A stretch of 61,899 nucleotides of DNA, filler included. It is 8 parts of 8 records of this genome, joined end to end, with 100 filler letters (N's around TTAATTAATTAA, not from the genome) between each part and the next. Parts side by side here need not be neighbours in the genome. Positions count along the whole stretch, not along the records: positions 1 to 14,689 come from SRR7504441_8230; 7 more parts are not named here. One strand, 5' to 3'. The position numbers were made by a program, and so were the translations under genes. Shown here piece after piece: positions 1-10,400 of this stretch (within the stretch, counting starts at the first letter, position 1; every line of letters begins with the position of its first letter). The notes below the pieces were generated by a model, which was not told the origin of the DNA, did no database searches, and was given only the letters and a program-made list of their open reading frames with translations.

Positions 1-690
1 GCCCAGCTCAGCAGGCACCGTCCCACTCAGGCTGTTGGCCATAAAAAATAAGTCGCTCGGCTGTGAAACGGCGCTCAATGATAGCTGCGTGAGCTGGCTG
101 AGGCTGGCCAGCTCCGTGGGCACGGTCCCACTCAGGCTGTTGGTAGACAGCGCAAGGTGCGAGAGCTGGGAAAGCCTGGCCAGCTCGGCTGGGACCGTCC
201 CGCTGAGGAAGTTAATGCCCAGATTGACTAGTGTGAGCTGACTCAGGCGGGCGAGCTCGGTTGGTACCGTCCCGCTCAGATAATTGATACCCAGGCTGAG
301 TACTGTGAGCTGACTCAGGCTGGCCAGGCCGGTCGGTACCGTCCCACTCAAGCTGTTGCCGAACACCTCGAGTTCTGTAAGCTGCGGGAGGCGAGTTAGC
401 TCCGCAGGGAGCTCGCCCGCGAGATCGTTCTGCCCTAGCTGCAGTGCCGCCACCTGGCCGTCCTCGCACCGCACTCCAAACCAGCCTTCGCAGTGGCTCG
501 TGTTAGTGCCCAGCCAGCCATCCCGGTGCCGCCAGTCGCCCCCTCCGGTCGCCCGATACAGTGCCACCAGTGCCCCCCGCTCGGCCGGACTGCACAGCCC
601 GCAGACCAGCAGAGACAGCCACAGCCCGCAGGCCAGCAGAGAGTGCTTCCCCGCCGTCCGACCAGGCGGGCCGATCCGGCCGGTACGCAT
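1..690 (-). CDS. Secreted or surface plant-type leucine-rich-repeat protein (LRRNT cap + 24-aa LRRs); 3' end runs off the window
   Basis: Not in the ORF track. Translation from ATG 690 gives MRTGRIG...SLLACGLWLSLLVCGLC (signal-like), then ERGALVALYRATGG.DW...W..TSHCEGWFGVRC (cap), then repeats such as LSQLTVLSLGINYLSGTVPTELAR. The frame is open to base 1. Confidence 0.9.
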   Translation of the reverse strand, partial: MRTGRIGPPGRTAGKHSLLACGLWLSLLVCGLCSPAERGALVALYRATGGGDWRHRDGWLGTNTSHCEGWFGVRCEDGQVAALQLGQNDLAGELPAELTRLPQLTELEVFGNSLSGTVPTGLASLSQLTVLSLGINYLSGTVPTELARLSQLTLVNLGINFLSGTVPAELARLSQLSHLALSTNSLSGTVPTELASLSQLTQLSLSAVSQPSDLFFMANSLSGTVPAELG

Positions 691-744
691 GATGATGCCG
701 GTATGATTACGATGCCCAACGGCAAGGCGTTGAAGTATGAGGCA

Positions 745-2014
745 ATGAGCGATAGCTGGGCGCCGGAGGTGGGCTCGCCGCTGGCCCGGTCAGCCGGCCC
801 GTCGGCGCACCTGCTCGAGGTGTTCGGGGCGATCGACCACCAGGACGGCTCGCCCCCCGACCGGCAGCGCTTCGGCGTCTGGAACTGTTCCAGCCGCTGG
901 CTGCCCGGCCCGTCCCCTGAACCACCTTCCCCGGAGGAGGCACCAGCCTGGAGCCCCGCCCGCACCCCGGAGGAGGCACCGTCTTGGAGCCCCGCCCGCA
1001 CCCCGGAGAGCCCGGCCTGGGCCCGCCGGTCGGCCTGCCTCTCCCCGGGGCGGGCCGCGCTGGTGGCAAGCTGCCGAGCCATCGACGACCTGCAGGACAA
1101 CACTGTGGACCGGCTCGAGCTGCTCGCCGAGTTCGCCGGGCGCGGGCTCGACCCCAACGACCCGGCGGTCCGCGCGGCGCTGGCCGGGGCCTCGGACGGC
1201 GGCCGCGGCCGGGTGCGGTACCTGCGATTCGCTCGGCTGCTCGGCAGCGGTCTTCTGAGCTGCCGAGGCCCGCCGTCTAGCTCACTAGGCCGCGAGGAGT
1301 CGATCTCGCCGGAGCCGGAGGAGGATCTGTCGGCACTGCCGACGCCAGTCGAGCGGCTGCTGTTCAGCCGACGGGAGAAGCCGCCGCAGCAGGCGGAGTA
1401 TGCAGTCGGTTCGCTGGCTTCAGCGTGCCAAGAGCTGAATGTCTTAAACGACCACGTGGACCAGCTGGAGGACAAGCTGCGCCGGGCAGTGCGCGAGGTG
1501 GCCCAACAGAAAGTGACGGGCACTAACGGGATCTCAGGTGTACCAGGCCGACGCGCGGTCGATTAAGGCCAGAATAGCAGCCAAGCGCGCCCAGACGCTG
1601 ATGGCTAAACAGCAGGCCCACAGCCGGCACGGGGAGGAGCCGGGCCTGCAGGAGGAGGCCACTGCGCTAGTCTCGCACCTATCTAGCCAGCTGTCGGCGG
1701 CGAGGACGGCGAATCAACGGATTCAGCAACGGCAAGATCAGCTGTTGGATCAGCAACGGCAGCGTCGGCGGGCTTTGCACACCCGAAGCCGGACTAAGCG
1801 GGCCGAGCTGTTTCATGTAGCGCCTAGAGGGCAAGAGCGGTGGCTGCTGCTGGGAGGAGTGGAAGACGAAGACAGCGTGGAGCCGGAGGTGGGCTTGGCG
1901 GGGGGGCGGTCGCCGTGCTCGCCGGATGAACCGGAGGTGTCTCCAGTCATTAGTGCGGGGCTCGGCAGTCTGCGGTACATGGAGGCGCGAATCGCGGCGC
2001 TGGAGGAGCTATAG
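745..2014 (+). CDS. Hypothetical protein (Pro-rich repeats, possible degenerate EF-hand region, C-terminal coiled coil); at least 2 exons
   Basis: ORFs 493..1566 and 1538..2014 join in phase 0 through a 25-nt intron at 1513..1537 (GTGACGGGCACTAACGGGATCTCAG). The start could be 703, 712 or 745. Confidence 0.6.
931..1020 (+). repeat. Coding tandem repeat, 36 bp x ~2.5 (PEEAP[A/S]WSPART)
   Basis: Near-identical units at 931-966 and 967-1002, partial unit from 1003. Confidence 0.85.
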
Positions 2015-2122
2015 ATTCGCTATAGATTGATAGCATTCTTATTACTTGTATTTATAATTACTTGCAATTGCGCTTGAGTGTTGACTTCGGCGGTGAGTTC
2101 GGGTTTGTTCGGCACAGCGAAA

Positions 2123-3089
2123 ATGCGACTGCTGGCCGGGCTGTTGTGCGTGCTCCAGCTGGCGGGTGGCGGCCCGGCCTGGTTGGACCAGGATGGAGCG
2201 CTGCTCGAGCGGTCCGGGCCGGCGGGGCTGGCGCTGGTCAGTCCGACCCACCTGCGCTGCCTGTTTGGGCACCCGGACGGCTCGGGGATGGTATCCAAGT
2301 GGCTGGACCGTACAGACGTGCTGGGGGACCGGCCGCCGAGCCGGGTGGAGCCCGGGCAGACAGTGGTGGTCCGTCGGCCCGGGCAGGCCCCGGAGTCCTG
2401 GTGGGGTGCCAAGGTGGTGCAGCAGCACGACTGGACGCACGCCACAGTCGAATTCTTGTCCAATCAGGAGCGCCACCAAGTGAGCCTGGAGCATGTGAGG
2501 CTGGCCCAGGGGCCCCGAGCTGAGGCGTGGGCCCGGGCAGTGCTGAGGCAGTCCCTGGGTCCTGGTACTGGGGCGAATGCGGCAGTCAGCTCATTCTCGG
2601 GGTAGCGCGTCATCGTATCTCACGCCACCCGCCCGATGTGCCAAAGTCTGTTCGGGTGAACAACAGATAGTGTTGAGCCTTATCATCCCACACAATTGTG
2701 TTAGCAGTATCCGCTGCACGGCCTGTGACTGGCCATCCATCATTCAAAGGTTGGAAAGTCAAACCATCTGCTGACACTGCAGATTCATGTTCTACGCGCA
2801 CTCGAACGAGGTGCCGGGGTGGCTACTCACCAAGGCCATGGTCGCGCGAGGCACAGCCCTTGCGCTCAATCTGGATGTTTCCAAAGAAGGTTGGGCATAC
2901 GTCGAGATTATTGACACAAAACTGGACAGCATCGTGGCGCAGTCGAACAAGATTGAAGCCATATCCGACGTAGCAGTCGTGTGTGAGTGGAAAAATCGAT
3001 TTGAGTTTCGCTCACTTGGCGGTGCGGTAATCAAATTGAGGATGCGGCTAAATCTAGCAAAGATCTATGCTTTTGAATTCAAGCAATAA
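2123..3089 (+). pseudogene. Disrupted or rearranged secreted glycoside-hydrolase-like (beta-propeller) gene with an internal inverted fragment
   Basis: N-terminal part 2123..2605 has a signal peptide (MRLLAGLLCVLQLAGG). C-terminal part 2787..3089 (GWLLTK...LALNLDV..GWAYVEIID...CEW...LGGAVIKLRMRL..AKIYAFEF) resembles the C-terminal domain of bacterial-like propeller hydrolases. A propeller-core-like peptide lies on the minus strand at ~2613..2780. Confidence 0.5.
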
Positions 3090-3320
3090 CAAGTTACTAT
3101 AAAAGATTGTAATCATTAATTTTGCACATCATTTGCACCAAGTTGCCATGGCCGCTCTAGCGAACCCTACGCCTTCGCAATATCGTGGTGCTGGCCGGCA
3201 ACTGTGTGCGTGCATCAGTGCAACCGATCCAACCCACGCGACAGGAAGCTGTGATTTCTTGAACACGGTGCTGTTCGAGGGGTCGTCTCGCATGCCAGGG
3301 AGACAGAGGCACAAGCCGCT

Positions 3321-3524
3321 TCACTTCCTCGCCCTAACCCTAGGTCGAGCTCGCATGTCTGTCTTGGGTGACGGCCGGTACATCTCGCTGGTCGCATAGT
3401 TGTACGCGGCCTTTGCCCCCTGTTGCATGGCGCCGGATATCGCGCCGACGGCCGCAGCAGCGGCGTAGCCGGCTCCCTTGCCGAGCTCGGTGGGGGCGGT
3501 CTTGGTGGTTGGAGTGAAAACCAT
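3321..3524 (-). CDS. Small hypothetical Ala/Gly-rich protein
   Basis: MVFTPTTKTAPTELGKGAGYAAAAAVGAISGAMQQGAKAAYNYATSEMY..., preceded by a GT-AG intron-like 60-mer that is probably in the 5'UTR. The 3' structure is uncertain. Confidence 0.35.
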   Translation of the reverse strand: MVFTPTTKTAPTELGKGAGYAAAAAVGAISGAMQQGAKAAYNYATSEMYRPSPKTDMRARPRVRARK

Positions 3525-3707
3525 GGTCGAGGTGTCGCTTGCCTGCACCAGCGGACGCAGTGAGCTCGCATTACGGCGGGGCGGGGAGCGCAGGGCATGT
3601 ACCTTGTTTGTTGTGGCACTCTCCTGGCAGTTCCCTCGTTCACGGCTGCAATTCACGCTGCAACGACAAAGTTCAACGGCAACGGCCGATTTACGATTTT
3701 GTTTGTC

Positions 3708-4099
3708 ATGGCTTTGCGGAACAGAACCAACGACCCGCGCTCCCCTCCGCTCACCGGCGAGGAGAGCTTCCCGATCCGGCGCGCCGCCCCCTCCACTTCT
3801 GACTGACCCGGCCGCAGTAAAAAGACCCCGGCCTCTCCGCTCTTCTCCCCGGGCGCCGCCCCACCCGCCAACAAGGAGCAGAGCACACCCTTCAGGCGAC
3901 CGCCCGCCCGGCCGTTTCTGTCTCAGCCCGGGGGGGCAGGAAGCCGCGGCCGGCCTCGCCGTGCGTGGTCACCCCGTGCAAGGCGGCCCCGGCCAGCCCC
4001 CCAGCCGAGTCGGACCCGATGCTGGCCGACGAGCCCTACCCGGGCCCGGTGGCGCCGCTTGTCCAAGACGAGCCGATGCGCTGCTGCGCGCTCATGTGA
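3708..4099 (+). CDS. Small Pro/Ser-rich protein ending in a CaaX motif (…MRCCALM*); 3 exons
   Basis: Removing GC-AG introns 3779..3817 (contains an in-frame TGA and a CTGAC branch site) and 3896..3939 gives MALRNRTNDPRSPP...KKTPASPLFSP...NKEQSTPFRKPRPASP...DEPMRCCALM*. Confidence 0.55.
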
Positions 4100-4309
4100 G
4101 CCGGGCGGCTGGGGATTGCAGGCCGGGCAGAGGCGAGCGGCTTGCGCGGGGTTTAGAGTTGGCGCGCCGGGAGGGAGCGGCTAGCGGTGCGAGCTCACGG
4201 CCAGAGTTGTGGTGCGGCGATAGACGCGGCTGCATGCAGTCTGGACACACACACACAGAGATTAACAACATTGATTTCGTATAGTTGTATGCTTTTTTCT
4301 ACTTTAGCT

Positions 4310-5769
4310 TCATAGTCGGCTAGACTTGTGGTTCTCACTCGCGTATCGCTGCTGACCGTCGACATACACCGCCACAATATTCCTATCGTCCCCGTTGTGC
4401 AGCCACTGCTCGACAGAACTCTCCATCAGCCCGACCTTGGACGGCTTCACCCCACCAAACAAGTCAAGCCCCACCGAAGGGTCTACCACGAGCGCATCAA
4501 ACTGCTTCCCAGGCTCGAAAGACCCCACCAGCCCCGCCAGCCCACACGCTTGGGCCCCGCCCACAGTGGCCAGCCACAGCGCTTCCTTCATCCCGAGGGC
4601 CGCCGGCTGGCGTGGTTCGCGCGGCTCAGACTGCTGACCGCTGTCCCCAAAGTCGTAACAGTCTACTCCGTCTTGAAGCATCCTTGATGATACGACCGCG
4701 CTTCGGATGGCGCTGAGCATCGACGGACTGTACCCGCCGGCCACGTCAGTGCCCAGGCCCACCTGCAGCCCAACTCAGCCAGCCGGACCCACTCGCAGCG
4801 TACCTTGACCCCGGCTGAGAGCAACTGCCGCACACGGAGCACACCGTGAGCAAAGTAAGCGTTACTCAACGGACAATGCGCCACCGCCGTCCCGCGGTCG
4901 GCCATGAGCGCCACCTCCGCGGGGCTGAGATGCACACCGTGCGCCATCACGCCCGTCCCAGTGAGCAGGCCTGCCTGGTCCAGTATCCCGGCCTCACGAC
5001 CAGCGCAGTGCCCTGGATGGGCCTGCCGCACTGCCGCGACGCAGTCCAGCGACTCGGCGATGTGACTCTGCACGCGGATCCCCCGATGGGCTCGCACGAA
5101 CCCTCCCAACTTCCCGAGAAGCTCAAGGCTGCAGGTCGGTACGAATCGCGGAGTCACCACCGGCAGCACCATCGAGCCCGTCGGGTCCATTTGTTCTATC
5201 GCGGCCACAAACCGCTCAAGCTCCTCCACGCACCGCCCGGGGCTCCGTGAGTACTCCTCAGGGGCATTGATATCCATCGAAACTAGCCCGACAAGTGCCC
5301 GCTGCCCTGCATCGAGTGCGGCCCGACCCAGCCGGAGGCATGAGCCTGGATGGATGGTCCCAAAGTAGCAGGCGGTGGTGGTACCCATCTGGAGTGTCCG
5401 TTGGACGCACGCCCGGTACACGGCGTCGGCCCTGCCAGTGTCGGCCATTTGGGCCTCCGAAGGGAAGGTGTACTGCTGCAGCCACTCCATCAGGGGCAGG
5501 TCCAGCCCGTTCCCGGCGTACGCGAACTGAGGGGCGTGGATGTGGCAGTCCACCAGCCCGGGGACCAGGAACTGGCCTGGGGGCAGCCTCAGGTACCCGG
5601 GGCAGCCGCTCAGCGCCGCATGCCAGCCCGGCTGGTTGGGGGTGCGCACGGAGGTGATGGTGCCCGAGTCATCCACGCAGACCAGCGCCTCGGGGAGCAG
5701 CTCCCACTCGCCCAGCCGCGGGGTGTGCACCAGACCCCCGTGCACCGAGAGAGGCCTCCGGCTCGGCAT
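4310..5769 (-). CDS. GDA: Guanine deaminase (amidohydrolase family); 2 exons
   Basis: Motifs PGLVDCHIHAPQ, GTTTACYF, TPRFVPTCS, QSHIAES, AHGVHL, AHCPLSN and GLGTDVAGG. A 41-nt GT-AG intron at 4763..4803 joins the two ORFs. Confidence 0.93.
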
Positions 5770-5887
5770 CCCAACGCTGCAGCTGCCGCCCGGCCACTCG
5801 GTGGACCGGCGTGCCAGCCAACCGAAAACTGAAGGCGACGGAGCTCCTCACCCTGCCGGAGGGGGGGGAGTGGCGGCTGGGGAGGGG

Positions 5888-7038
5888 ATGTCAGAGGCGA
5901 GGCGCGGGGCTGGGCCTGGCTGATCGGTGGGCCGCAGCTCAGCCCGTCCTTGGCCAGCTACGGGAGCGGGCTCAGCACCGGATACGCTTCGCTCACCCAC
6001 CGGATCGGTACACCGGCGGGCCGAGTGGAGCCTCACCCATCTGGCCAGCCGAGCTTGATAACCAGTTGATCCGAGGGCTACAGCAGCGGGACCAGGAGCT
6101 CGAGGTGCGCCCCGCCCCGGTGGGGATGGCACCAACCGGCTGCAGCACGTGGCCGGGCTGATCAGCCAGGTGGAAAGCCGTGCCGACCAACAGGGCCTTT
6201 CACTCGAGGTGCACCCGCCCGCACCCGCCGCTCACCGGCGGCCCAGGGGCTCAACGCCGCGCAGTCGGCAGAGGTGCGCCGGCTCGAGGAGATCGCGGCC
6301 TCGCAGATCGAGCAGATGAAGCAGGCGGCCGGGCCGGCCGTCCGGGGCGGAGCGGGTGGCAGGAGCGGAAGAAGTCTCAGCTGCAGATTTTCGATTCAAT
6401 AGACCAAAAGTGCCGGGCGGCGGGCGACTGGCCGGCTGAGGCTGACGGGCAGGTGCAGGCCGTTTGCCGATGACATTGTCGCGTACAGGCAGCAGTGGCA
6501 AACCCAGGAGCAACAGTACACGGCGATTGTAAGGGAAGAGGTGCAGCATAATCAGGCATCAACGGCCCCTGACAGCGCGCAGATGGACAATTTGGCCCAA
6601 CTTGTCCACCGCCAGGGCTCGCACCGCGATGCCATGTGCCAGTCGTTTGTTCGGCGAATGAATGCCGAAGTGGCCCAAGTGCAGGAGGAGCTGGCGATAG
6701 AGAAAAAGGTCCGGTTGACCGGACCGATGCCTGAGCCGGCGGGACAGATACGGGAGGAGAATGAAGACAGGCTGGTGAAGCTTCTTGAGAATATTTGTTC
6801 GAGAGTCCATGACGAAGTGCAGGCGGAGCGCCGGTCGCGGCAGGCTGCCGAGCAAAAGTTCATGAAGGCACACTGGTCTGGTTTGCTGTGCTTGATGCGG
6901 TGGTAGGTGCTGGAGGACACTTGCAATCATTTGGAGGCCCGCAGCAATGCCGTGTTCAGGCAGCGCCAGGAGGCTGAGGGCACGGCGAGCGGGTTCATGT
7001 CGACTAGCTACAGCGGTAGCATGTACAGCATGTACTAG
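5888..7038 (+). CDS. SF-assemblin/beta-giardin-like striated-fibre coiled-coil protein; 10 exons
   Basis: The spliced product contains EELAIEKKIREENEDRLVKLLENICSRVHDEVQAERRSRQAAEQKFMKVLEDTC, which resembles an SF-assemblin C-terminus. Nine short introns, with GC donors at 5897, 6325 and 6868. Confidence 0.7.
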
Positions 7039-7415
7039 CTATATAACATGTCAATACTGCGCCCTAGATTAGTAGAGCTGGCCATTCGAAACATCATGAA
7101 ACATTAAATTAACTAAACACGACTAAAATGCAATGTAAGATTTTAAGTGCAACCCGTGGGAACGCCGGCTTCCCTTCGTTATCGGCGGTCGACCCGTCGC
7201 GACTATCCCAGCCGAGATCGGCCGTACCCGACCTTGTTCTCGTCGACGTCATCGCGGGAGGGCAGTAGGGCAGGAGCAGACGAGCAGAATCAAGCAGAAC
7301 TGAGCCGAGTGCAGGCAGCTCAGAGGAGAGGCCGTTGCTTCAACGTCTACGAGCCACTCGCACCGCACTCGGAGGACTGGGCTCGGCAGGCGGACTGCAG
7401 GGGGCGGGCTGAGAA

Positions 7416-10400
7416 ATGCTCACCAAATTTGAGACCAAGTCCAATAGGGTCAAGGGGATATGCTTCCACCCCAAGCGCACCTGGTCCGCCCCCCCCTCCC
7501 TGCCCTACCCCCTCTCCCCCGGCCTCTCGGCCCCAGCTGGACTGGTACCAGCTCCAACCCCGGCATGCGCCCGCTCCGTCCGGCCCGAGCGCCCGCTGTG
7601 CCTGTCGCATGCAGACCCCCGCGCCCGTTCGCCCAGCGATGAGGCTCACCGATCGGGCAGGCTGCTCGCCTCTCTGCACAGCGGAACCGTACAGCTCTGG
7701 GACTTCAGGATGGGCACCCTGGTGGAGAAATTCGAGGGGCACGAAGGTCCAGCCGGTGGCCCGCAGCGGCTGAGACTCTGACGGCGGCAGGACCTGTCCG
7801 CGGGGTCGATTTCCACGCGTCGCAGCCTTTGTTCTGCAGCGGTGGGGACGACTACAAGATTAAGGCAATCCCCCCGGACTGTCGAAGCTGAGCGTGTCCA
7901 GGTGTGGAACTACCAACTGCACCGGTGCTTGTTCCCGCTTCTCGGCCATCTGGATTACATCCGCACGGTCCGTTCGCCCTGAGCTCGACTCAGCACTCAG
8001 GCTGCCTCCGTCAGGTACAATTTCATCCCGAGCTCCCGTGGATCGTGTCTGCCTCGGATGACCAGACGATCCGAGTTTGGAATTGGCAAGCCCGGTGAGC
8101 CGGCACGCCCGCTGCCCGCTGAGTGGCTGGTCGCAGCACCTGCATCTCTGTCCTCACGGGCCACTCGCACTATGTGATGTGTGCTTCTTTCCACCCCACA
8201 GACGATCTGATCGTGTCGGCTTCACTGGACCAGACGGTGCCATCGGCCCGCAGCAGCGCAGGAGCTGAATGGCTCGTAGGTCCGCGTGTGGGACACGAGC
8301 CTGCTCCGGCAGAAGAGCATGACTCAGCACCCCAGCGAACTGCAGGCATCCCCCTCCACCGCTGCAACGTCTGATGTGCGGCCGCGCAGTCGGACGTGCT
8401 TTCGGCAGACATCTTCGGCAACTCGGACGCGGTGGTCAAGTATGTCCTCGAGGGCCACGAGCGCGGGGTCAACTGGGCCGCTTTCCACCCCACACTCCCG
8501 CTGGTGGTGTCTGGCGCCGACGACAAGCAGGTGCCTAGCAGGGTGATGGGCTAGCCGCCGGGTTGAATTAGTTGGGTCGTTGCGGTCTCGGGTGAGCGTG
8601 TGGTCAGGTGAAGCTCTGGCGAATGAACGACACAAAAGCGTGGGAAGTAGATACAATGCGAGGGCACCTGAGCAACGTTTCATGCGTGATGTTCCATCCA
8701 ACCCAGGTGCCCCCGCAGCGCCCCCCCCGGCTGAGTCGGCTGGCTGCAGGATCTGATCGTGTCCAACTCTGAAGACAAGGCGATCAGGGTTTGGGATATG
8801 AACAAGCGGATCCCTTCGCAGACCTTCCGTCGTGAGACGGACCGTTTCTGGGTGCTGGCCATACACCCGACCGCACGGCTGATTGCGGCCGGTCACGACT
8901 CTGGGCTGGTTGTGTTCAAACTGGCTCGGGAGCGGCCAGCCTACTGCACCAGCAAGGGCCTGCTGTACTATGTTTCACACAATGCCTCCAAAGAGCGATT
9001 TCTCCGCAAATTCGAGTTTGCGACCAACACAGACAAGCAAATGTGCTCGCTCCGGAAGCCGAGCCATGCGGCCGCTTCGAGCTGCACGATCCACTACAAC
9101 TCGACTGAGAACGCACTGCTGCTTATCACATCCGATGAGAGCCCTTCGTACGAACTGTACCAGATTGGTGGTAGCGATGGCTATGCAGCGAAGAGTGCGG
9201 ATGCCAAGCGAGGACCTGGCTGTGCCGCCGTGTGGGTGAGGCGGGACCGGTTTGCTGTGCTGGAGCGGAATAAGCAGCTCGTGACCAAGAATCTGGATAA
9301 CGAAGTGACCAAGAAGCATGCGCTGCCAAGCCAGAATTGCGACATGATGTGGGGAGCGTTTGCTGGAAACGTGCTGCTACGCTGTGACGATAAGATTGTG
9401 CTGTACGATCTACAGCAGATGAAGCCAATGGCCGACATTGCTGCCTCGGCTAAGTACTGCATCTGGTCTTCCGGGAATGACTTTGTTGCGCTGTTGAGCA
9501 AGCACACCGTGGTTCTGTGCACACGCAGACTGGAACAACTCACGACTGCCCACGAAACCATGTCTATCAAGTCGGGAGTATGGACAGAAGAGGGCGTGTT
9601 CATCTATTCCACTCTCAACCATCTCAAGTACTGCCTGCCTAATGGGGACATCGGGATCATTTGCACGCTGGAGCACCCAGTCTATCTGAGCTGTATCATT
9701 GGTGAATCAGTTTTCTTCCTCGATCGCGAGGGCAAGAACCAGATGATGATCATTAACTCAACCGAATACATGTTCAAGATAGCGCTGCATAAATGCAAAT
9801 ACGATGAAGTCAAGCGTGTGATGAACTCTGGCCGTCTCTGTGGGCAGGCCATCATTGCCTACCTCAAGAAGAAGGGCTTCGCCGAGGTGGCTCTTCACTT
9901 TGTGAACGACGAAAAGACAAAGTTTGACCTGGCTGTCGAGTCTGGCAACATCGATGTGGCTGTCAAGTCTGCTCAGGTTTTGGATCAGACCACCTGCTGG
10001 CAACAACTCGCCATGGAAGCAGCCAAGCACGGCAATATTGAAGTGGTCGAGTCAGCATATCTCAAAACAGAGTCTTGGGAGCGACTCAGCTTCCTTTACC
10101 TGATTACCGGAAACACAGAGAAGCTGCAGAAGATGCAACGACATGCAGAGAAGCGCGGTAGTGTGATGAGCCGCTTCCACAACTCTCTGCTGACCGGAGA
10201 TATTGAGGAGCGAGTTGAAGTGCTGAACAAGGCAAGACAACCGGCGATGGCCTACATGCTGGCTCACGGTCACGGACTCACTGAGCAAGCTGAAGCACTT
10301 GAAGCTGAGCTGGGCGAGGAGGTTGTTGCTAAGCTGCAGAAGTACATGGCAAGCAAGCAGCGCAAGCTGCTTCTGCCTCCTGTTCCTATCAACAGGCAAA

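Noticed and set aside
3332..3342. Telomere-like CCCTAACCCTA
   Set aside because: Fewer than two full units and internal to an ORF; consistent with chance.
7147..7415. Small gene upstream of COPA
   Set aside because: Several short frames are possible, but none gives a convincing product or consistent splice model.
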